A stretch of DNA of 64,000 nt. Source: an uncultured Actinomycetota bacterium (GTDB taxonomy: Bacteria; Actinomycetota; Actinomycetes; JAHEKZ01). The notes beneath the pieces were generated by a model. It did no database searches. It was not told the DNA's origin and was given only the letters and a program-made list of their open reading frames with translations. The position numbers and the translations under genes are program-made. The DNA lies in contig CAVQYR010000001.1 in the NCBI GenBank assembly GCA_963718235.1, positions 1 through 64,000 on the forward strand, written 5' to 3'. This document shows positions 57,752-64,000 of this stretch, piece after piece; the stretch's first letter is position 1; the number at the start of each line of letters is the position of its first letter.

Positions 57752-58785
57752 CCGAGGACCACGGCCCGTCGCACGCCCAGCTGGAGATCCTCGGACGCCT
57801 CGATGCCGACGAGACCGCAGCCGTGTCGCTCCTGGTCGAGCGGGCCACTGAGTCCGACGGCGTCCGCCCCCTGTCCGAGCACGTCATGCTGCACCTTCGC
57901 TACGGCGGTGACGAGCCCGTACGCAACCTCCTGGTCTACGGCGAGGGACGCGGTGACCGCCCCCACCTCGCCGGTTACGCCCACCTCGACGTCACCGACT
58001 CCGTGGCAGGCGCCAGCGCCGAGCTGGTGGTCGACCCGGCGTGGCGAGAGCGCGGGGTCGGGCGCCTGCTCGGCGACGCGTTGCTCCTCGAGTCCCCCGA
58101 CGGCCGGCTGCGGCTGTGGGCCCACGGCGAGCACCCGGGCGCCACCGCTCTGGCCCGTTCGATGGGCCTGGTCCGCACCCGGCACCTGATGCAGATGCGA
58201 CGCTCACTGTTCGCTCCCCTGCCGCGGCCGGTGCTTCCGGACGGCGTGAGGGTGCGCACCTTCCGTCCGGGCGCGGACGACGACGCCTGGCTCGCGCTGA
58301 ACGCCCGGGCCTTCGCCGACCACACGGAGCAGGGTGGCTGGACCTTGGAGGACCTGCGCCGGCGGCTAACCGAACCGTGGTTCGACCCGGGCGGGTTCTT
58401 CCTGGCCGAGCGGCACGGGAGCGAGGGTGCATACCTGGTCGGCTTCCACTGGACGAAGGCCCACGGCGACGATCCCGGCCGGGCCCACCGTCACCACGGG
58501 GGTGAGGACGGTCACGGCGAACGTCACAGCGAACAACACGACCCGGATCACAGCCACGGGCACGAGCCGATCGGCGAGGTCTACGTGGTCGGGATCGACC
58601 CGGCGGAACAGGGCCACGGCCTCGGACGCGCTCTGACCCTCGTCGGCCTGCAGCACCTGCGCAGCCTTCGACTGTCCGAGGCGATGCTCTACGTCGACGC
58701 GGACAACGAGGCCGCGATCAGGCTGTACCGCAGTCTCGGCTTCACCGACTGGGACGTCGACGTCATGTACACCCGGGTGCCCTGA
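57748..58785 (+). CDS. mshD: Mycothiol synthase (tandem GNAT)
   Basis: [45 protein letters not shown]. Confidence 0.92.
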   Translation: MTEDHGPSHAQLEILGRLDADETAAVSLLVERATESDGVRPLSEHVMLHLRYGGDEPVRNLLVYGEGRGDRPHLAGYAHLDVTDSVAGASAELVVDPAWRERGVGRLLGDALLLESPDGRLRLWAHGEHPGATALARSMGLVRTRHLMQMRRSLFAPLPRPVLPDGVRVRTFRPGADDDAWLALNARAFADHTEQGGWTLEDLRRRLTEPWFDPGGFFLAERHGSEGAYLVGFHWTKAHGDDPGRAHRHHGGEDGHGERHSEQHDPDHSHGHEPIGEVYVVGIDPAEQGHGLGRALTLVGLQHLRSLRLSEAMLYVDADNEAAIRLYRSLGFTDWDVDVMYTRVP

Positions 58786-58803
58786 GCCGAGCGGCGCTGC
58801 CTC

Positions 58804-59928
58804 TCACACCGTTGGCACCGACGGTGACGTCCCCGCACCGGCCACGGCGCCAAACCGGCGGCGCAGCCACAGCGACACGTAGACGAGCGTGACCAGTGCG
58901 GGAACCTCGATCAGCGGGCCGATCACGCCGGCCAGGGCCTGGCCAGAGGTGACGCCCCACACCCCGATGCTCACCGCGATCGCCAGCTCGAAGTTATTGC
59001 CGGCCGCGGTGAAGGCCAGGGTCGCGGTCTTGGGGTAGCCCAGGTGCGCCCGAGCGCCGAGGAAGAAGGACACGCTCCACATCACCGCGAAGTAGGCGAG
59101 GAGCGGGAGGGCGATCTGGGCCACCGAGACCGGGTCGGACAGGATCGCGTCGCCCTGCAGCGCGAACATCACCACGATCGTGAACAGCAGCCCGTAGAGG
59201 GCGAACGGGCTGATCCGCGGGATGAACACCCGCTCGTACCAGTCACGCCCCTTGACCCGCAGGCCGATCCGGCGCGTGACGTAGCCGGCGACCAGTGGGA
59301 TGCCCAGGAAGATGAGCACGGCCTTGGTGATCTCCCAGGTGGAGAACTGCACGTCCTGGCTGTTCAGTCCGAGCCAACCGGGGAGGATCTTGAGGTAGAA
59401 CGTGCCGAGCAGCGCGTACGCCAGGATCTGGAACACCGAGTTGAGCGCGACGAGCAATGCCGCTGCCTCCCGGTCTCCGCAGGCGAGGTCGTTCCAGATC
59501 AGCACCATGGCGATGCACCGGGCCAGCCCGATGACGATCAGCCCGGTGCGGAACGCCGGCTGGTCGGCGAGGAAGACCCAGGCCAGGGCGAACATGAGGG
59601 CCGGGCCGATCACCCAGTTGAGCAGCAGGCTCAGCCACAGCAGGCGACGGTCGCCGGTGACGTGCCCCATGTCCTCGTAGCGGACCTTGGCCAGCACCGG
59701 GTACATCATCAGCAGCAGCCCGAGTGCGATCGGCAGCGACGTCTGACCGACCTTGACCGCATCCAGGGTCGCCTGGACCGACGGGACCAGCCTGCCCAGC
59801 AGGAGCCCTCCCGCCATGGCCGCGAGGATCCACAACGGCAGGAAGCGGTCGAGCAGGGACAGTCGCCGGATGACGGTCTGTTCCTCCGCGTCTCGCTCGA
59901 CAGGGGAGGGAGCCATGGGTCTCGCCAC
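58804..59928 (-). CDS. acr3: Acr3-family arsenite efflux transporter
   Basis: LDRFLPLWI, MMYPVLAKV, GLARCIAMV, GNNFELAIAV, GPLIEVP. Confidence 0.93.
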   Translation of the reverse strand: MARPMAPSPVERDAEEQTVIRRLSLLDRFLPLWILAAMAGGLLLGRLVPSVQATLDAVKVGQTSLPIALGLLLMMYPVLAKVRYEDMGHVTGDRRLLWLSLLLNWVIGPALMFALAWVFLADQPAFRTGLIVIGLARCIAMVLIWNDLACGDREAAALLVALNSVFQILAYALLGTFYLKILPGWLGLNSQDVQFSTWEITKAVLIFLGIPLVAGYVTRRIGLRVKGRDWYERVFIPRISPFALYGLLFTIVVMFALQGDAILSDPVSVAQIALPLLAYFAVMWSVSFFLGARAHLGYPKTATLAFTAAGNNFELAIAVSIGVWGVTSGQALAGVIGPLIEVPALVTLVYVSLWLRRRFGAVAGAGTSPSVPTV

Positions 59929-60171
59929 TCATCCGCTGTTGGCGGTGAGGATTTCGCGAACCGCGGACGGGGTGGGAACTCGGCCAGCGACGACGACCTT
60001 CTCGTCGACGACGAGGGCAGGGGTGGACATCACGCCGTAGCCGACGATGGTCGGGTAGTCCTCGACCTTCTCGATGGTGGCGTCGATGCCGAGTGCGTCG
60101 ACGGCTTCGCGGGTGACGCGCTCGAGGTTCTTGCAGTTGGTGCAGCCCGGGCCGAGCACTTTGATGATCAC
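59929..60171 (-). CDS. Small redox-active disulfide (thioredoxin-like) protein
   Basis: IKVLGPGCTNC...YGVMSTPALVVD. Confidence 0.9.
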   Translation of the reverse strand: MIIKVLGPGCTNCKNLERVTREAVDALGIDATIEKVEDYPTIVGYGVMSTPALVVDEKVVVAGRVPTPSAVREILTANSG

Positions 60172-60181
60172 GGTCGTGTCC

Positions 60182-61234
60182 TTACGTTGCCAGCAGGAGG
60201 TTGAACAGGTAGCCGACGGCGACGATGCCGGTGGCGACGACGCCGACGAACATGGCGAGCAGCTGGGGCTTGAGTACCCGGCGGAGCAGGATCATCTCCG
60301 GCAGGGACAGGGCGACGACGCTCATCATGAAGGCGAGCAGGGTGCCCATCGGCAGGCCCTTCTCGTGCAGCGCCTGCACCATCGGCATGATCCCGGCGGC
60401 GTTGGAGTACAGCGGGACGCCGATCCCGACGGCCACCAGGACACCGAAGGCGTTGCCAGGGCCGGCGTAGGTGTTGAAGAAGTCGGTCGGCACCCAGCCG
60501 TGGATGACCGCGCCCAGGCCGATGCCGACGAGCAGGTACGGCCAGATCTTGCGCAGGATGGTGGCGACCTCCTCGACCCCCATCTGGATCCGCTGGTCGA
60601 AGGTCAGACCGGCGGTGGAGTCGATGACCTGTCCACCAAGCGTGGTCTCGAACACGAACGGCTCCACCCACCGCTGCACACCGAGTCGGCCGAGGACCCA
60701 GCCGGCGACGATCGCGATCAGCAGGCCGGCAACGATGTAGACGGCGGTGACCTGCCAGCCGAACAGGCTGAACAGCATCCCGATCGCGATCTCGTTGACC
60801 AGCGGGCTGGCGATCAGGAAGGACAGCGTGACCCCGATCGGCACCCCCGCGGCGACGAACCCGATGAACGCCGGGACCGCGCTGCAGGAGCAGAAGGGGG
60901 TGACCACGCCCAACCCGGCGGCCATCACGTTGCCGACGCCTTCACGCTTGCCGCCCAGCAGGGCACGGGTGCGCTCGATGCTCATGTAGGAGCGCAGCAC
61001 CGTGACGATGAAGATGATCCCAACCAGCAGCAGGCCGATCTTGATCGTGTCGTACAGGAAGAAGTGGACCGTCTCGGTCACCCGAGCCTCGGGGTCCATC
61101 CCGAGGCCGTCGTACAGGACCCGGTCCCACAACCAGCCGTTCACCCAGTACGCCATCACCCAGGCCGATGCGCCGCCCGCCAGCGTCAGCCACTGGCCGC
61201 GCCTGGAGGTGTGCAGACGCTCGACGACGCTCAT
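60182..61234 (-). CDS. ArsP/DUF318-family permease
   Basis: TPFCSCSAVP, SPLVNE, GVPLYSNAAG, LSLPE. Confidence 0.9.
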   Translation of the reverse strand: MSVVERLHTSRRGQWLTLAGGASAWVMAYWVNGWLWDRVLYDGLGMDPEARVTETVHFFLYDTIKIGLLLVGIIFIVTVLRSYMSIERTRALLGGKREGVGNVMAAGLGVVTPFCSCSAVPAFIGFVAAGVPIGVTLSFLIASPLVNEIAIGMLFSLFGWQVTAVYIVAGLLIAIVAGWVLGRLGVQRWVEPFVFETTLGGQVIDSTAGLTFDQRIQMGVEEVATILRKIWPYLLVGIGLGAVIHGWVPTDFFNTYAGPGNAFGVLVAVGIGVPLYSNAAGIMPMVQALHEKGLPMGTLLAFMMSVVALSLPEMILLRRVLKPQLLAMFVGVVATGIVAVGYLFNLLLAT

Positions 61235-61560
61235 GACTGCACCCCCAGCCGTTCACTGCCGGGCAAAGCGGCGACAAGGCGCTCGAACGCACCATCGGCC
61301 AAGGCGTAGTCGATCCACCGACCCCGCCGGCTCGTGGTCACCAGTCCGGAGTCCCGCAGCACCTTCAGGTGGTAGCTGAGCAGGTTCGCCGCGATCGGGG
61401 TGTGCTCCTGCAAGCGGCACACACAGGCCGGACCCGCCGCCAGCCGCTCGAGGACGGCCCATCGGGTCGGGTCGGCGACCACCGCGAGCAGGGAGGTTGC
61501 CTCGTCGGCCACCAGAACCGACGACGAGCCTGCGACCGCCGTCCTGCTCATATCAAGCAT
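61231..61560 (-). CDS. arsR: ArsR-family repressor of the ars cluster
   Basis: ADPTRWAVL...ACVC...LSYHLKVLRDSGLV...RRGRW. Confidence 0.88.
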   Translation of the reverse strand: MLDMSRTAVAGSSSVLVADEATSLLAVVADPTRWAVLERLAAGPACVCRLQEHTPIAANLLSYHLKVLRDSGLVTTSRRGRWIDYALADGAFERLVAALPGSERLGVQS

Positions 61561-61566
61561 GCTTGA
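61553..61566. promoter_or_regulatory. Probable ArsR operator
   Basis: Perfect 14-bp palindrome TCAAGCATGCTTGA at the arsR start. Confidence 0.55.
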
Positions 61567-61755
61567 ACTGTCGCACTAGGCACCTGCGGCCCGACAGGGT
61601 CGAAGGTCCGCCTCCATGACGTCGACGCAGTGAGCTCCCGTCATCACCCCAGTCGGGTGAGTCGGGACCAAGGACCATGCCCTGTTCACCTGCAGGTGAG
61701 ACGATGGAGGATCATCCGCCCGACCGGGCGGAACGCTGTCTGACGAAGGAGCCCG

Positions 61756-63915
61756 GTGAGCAGCCAGGTGCGTGCCGAGACGAGCGAGGCCGAGGTTGCG
61801 GTCGTCGACACCGCGCCGCAGGTGCCCGAGGAGGAGGAGACCCCCCTTCCGGACGACCGCTTCTCCGAGCGTGAGCTCAGCTGGCTGGCCTTCAACCAGC
61901 GGGTGCTCGAGCTGACCGAGGACCCGAAGGCCCCCCCGCTCGAGCGGGCCAAGTTCCTCGCCATCTTCGCGAGCAACATGGACGAGTTCTACATGGTCCG
62001 GGTGGCCGGGCTGAAGCGGCGGATCGCCGCCGGCATCGCCGTTCGCAGCGCCAGCGGGGCCAGCCCGCGTGAGGTGATCGAGGCCATCCAGGAGCGCACC
62101 GAAGAGCTGATGGTCCGCCAGTCGCAGGTCTTCCGCAAGCAGGTCCTGCCCGAGCTGCGCGAGCACGGCATCGACGTCGTCCGGTGGAACGGGCTCGACG
62201 CCGCCGAGCGGGGCCGTCTGGCCGAGCTGTTCCGCGACCAGGTGTTCGCGGTGCTCACCCCGTTGGCCGTCGACCCGGCCCACCCCTTCCCCTACATCTC
62301 CGGGCTCTCGCTCAACCTGGCCGTGGTCGTTCGCAACCCCGAGACCGGGGCCGAGCACTTCGCCCGGGTCAAGGTGCCACCGACCCTGCCGCGCTTCGTC
62401 CCCGCCGGAGAGCAGCGGTTCGTCCCGCTCGAGGACGTCATCGCCGCCCACCTGGACATGCTGTTCCCCGGCATGGAGGTCCTCCAGCACCACACCTTCC
62501 GGGTCACCCGCAACGAGGACCTCGACGTCGAGGAGGACGACGCGGAGAACCTGCTCAAGGCGCTGGAGAAGGAGCTCATGCGCCGCCGCTTCGGCCCCGC
62601 GGTGCGCCTGGAGGTCGAGGAGACCATCGACCCGCACGTGCTCGAGCTGCTGATCGAGGAGCTGGAGGTCACCCGCGGCGAGGTGGTCATGCTGCCCGGA
62701 CCGGTCGACCTCACCGGCCTGTGGGGCATCTACGCCCTCGACCGTCCTGACCTCAAGGACCCGCCGTTCGTCCCGGTGACCAGTCCCGAGCTGAGCGAGT
62801 TCGAGACCAACGAGGCGCCCGAGGTCCTCGATGTCATGCAGCGCCGGGACGTCTTGCTCCACCACCCGTACGACTCGTTCTCGACCAGCGTCCAGGCGTT
62901 CCTGGAGCAGGCCGCCGACGACCCGGCTGTGCTGGCCATCAAGCAGACCCTGTACCGCACCTCCGGCGACTCACCGATCGTGCATGCCCTGATCCGGGCG
63001 GCCGAGGCGGGCAAGCAGGTCCTGGTCCTGGTCGAGATCAAGGCGCGGTTCGACGAGCAGGCCAACATCACCTGGGCCCGCAAGCTCGAGCAGGCCGGGT
63101 GCCACGTGGTCTACGGCGTGGTCGGACTCAAGACGCACAGCAAGCTCAGCATGGTGGTCCGCCAGGACGACGACGGCATCATGCGCCGCTACACCCACAT
63201 CGGCACCGGCAACTACCACCCCAAGACGGCTCGCCTCTACGAGGACCTCGGGCTGCTCACCACCGACGCAGCCATCGGTGAGGACGTCTCCAACCTGTTC
63301 AACGTCTTGTCCGGGTACTCGATGAACACCGAGTACGAGCGGCTGCTGGTGGCGCCGCACTCGATCCGGGCCGGTCTGGTCGAGCGGATCGAGCGCGAGG
63401 TCGACAACCACCGGAAAGGTCTTCCGGCCCGGGTCGTCTTCAAGGTCAACTCGATCGTCGACGAGGCCACGATCGACGCGCTGTACCGAGCCTCACGAGC
63501 CGGTGTCCCGGTCGACGTCTGGGTGCGCGGCATCTGCGCGGTCAAGGCCGGTGTCGAGGGCCTCTCGGAGAACGTCCGGGTGCGCAGCATCCTCGGGCGC
63601 TTCCTGGAGCACTCGCGGATCTACTGGTTCGCCAACGCGGGCGAGCCCGAGGTATGGATCGGTTCGGCCGACCTCATGCACCGCAACCTGGACCGAAGGG
63701 TCGAGGCGCTGGTCCAGATCGCCGGGGCCGACCACGTGGAGCGGCTCACCGAGCTGGTCGAGCTCGGCTTCGACGACTCGATCGCCTCCTGGCACCTCAG
63801 GCCAAACGGCGACTGGGAGTACGTCGGGCTCGCTCCCGACGGCACCCCGCTGACCGACCTGCAGGAGCTGACCATCCGCCGCAAGCGCGAAGCGATGCGA
63901 ACCCCCCTGCGTTGA
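61756..63915 (+). CDS. ppk1: Polyphosphate kinase 1
   Basis: [52 protein letters not shown]. Confidence 0.96.
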   Translation: MSSQVRAETSEAEVAVVDTAPQVPEEEETPLPDDRFSERELSWLAFNQRVLELTEDPKAPPLERAKFLAIFASNMDEFYMVRVAGLKRRIAAGIAVRSASGASPREVIEAIQERTEELMVRQSQVFRKQVLPELREHGIDVVRWNGLDAAERGRLAELFRDQVFAVLTPLAVDPAHPFPYISGLSLNLAVVVRNPETGAEHFARVKVPPTLPRFVPAGEQRFVPLEDVIAAHLDMLFPGMEVLQHHTFRVTRNEDLDVEEDDAENLLKALEKELMRRRFGPAVRLEVEETIDPHVLELLIEELEVTRGEVVMLPGPVDLTGLWGIYALDRPDLKDPPFVPVTSPELSEFETNEAPEVLDVMQRRDVLLHHPYDSFSTSVQAFLEQAADDPAVLAIKQTLYRTSGDSPIVHALIRAAEAGKQVLVLVEIKARFDEQANITWARKLEQAGCHVVYGVVGLKTHSKLSMVVRQDDDGIMRRYTHIGTGNYHPKTARLYEDLGLLTTDAAIGEDVSNLFNVLSGYSMNTEYERLLVAPHSIRAGLVERIEREVDNHRKGLPARVVFKVNSIVDEATIDALYRASRAGVPVDVWVRGICAVKAGVEGLSENVRVRSILGRFLEHSRIYWFANAGEPEVWIGSADLMHRNLDRRVEALVQIAGADHVERLTELVELGFDDSIASWHLRPNGDWEYVGLAPDGTPLTDLQELTIRRKREAMRTPLR

Positions 63916-63919
63916 CCTG

Positions 63920-64000
63920 ATGGCCGCCAAGACCGTTCGCGAGCACGAGCGCAAGTTCGCCGTCGAGGCCGACTTCGCCATGCCCGACCTCGCCCTCGCC
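63920..64000 (+). CDS. Start of a CYTH(/CHAD)-domain protein (runs off the window)
   Basis: MAAKTVREHERKFAV, ExExK motif, immediately after ppk1. Confidence 0.65.
   Translation, partial: MAAKTVREHERKFAVEADFAMPDLALA

Overview
High-GC actinobacterial DNA: glnR, mshD, ppk1, a Nur-type Fur, an F420-dependent nitroreductase and an LPXTG protein are recognisable. Many otherwise intact genes carry single-base frameshifts, most likely long-read or assembly indels. Layout: (1) 0-12.9 kb, mixed accessory and core genes, including a 585-bp Tn3-type mini-element truncating an ABC gene, psuG plus a truncated PfkB kinase, and a Phd/RelE toxin-antitoxin pair. (2) 12.9-26.2 kb, the most interesting locus: four paralogous Cys-rich proteins (12, 16, 16 and 42 Cys) share a bipartite leader (W[LV]DxWA[RK]RA helix, linker, twin-arginine signal). 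They sit with an HPr-kinase-like P-loop enzyme fused to a PqqD/RRE domain, a second stand-alone PqqD, a MauE-plus-two-thioredoxin membrane protein, a secreted metalloprotease, a Wzc-type tyrosine autokinase and an Asp-box protein. This is a candidate undescribed RRE-guided maturation and export system for disulfide-rich proteins. (3) 26.3-39.9 kb, a block of small single-domain accessory genes. (4) LPXTG and DUF4012 genes, then ygfZ-nur-FABP and DUF4395 with a Cys-sensing leader peptide and thioredoxin. (5) An 8.7-kb sulfur module (signal-less molybdopterin enzyme, Fe-S/NrfD fusion, TusA, DsrE, rhodanese-persulfide dioxygenase, SulP, ArsR) bracketed by 68-bp direct repeats. (6) moaD, glnR, mshD, an arsenic cluster and ppk1. 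No rRNA, tRNA or CRISPR array was seen. All family calls come from motif recognition, not from database searches.
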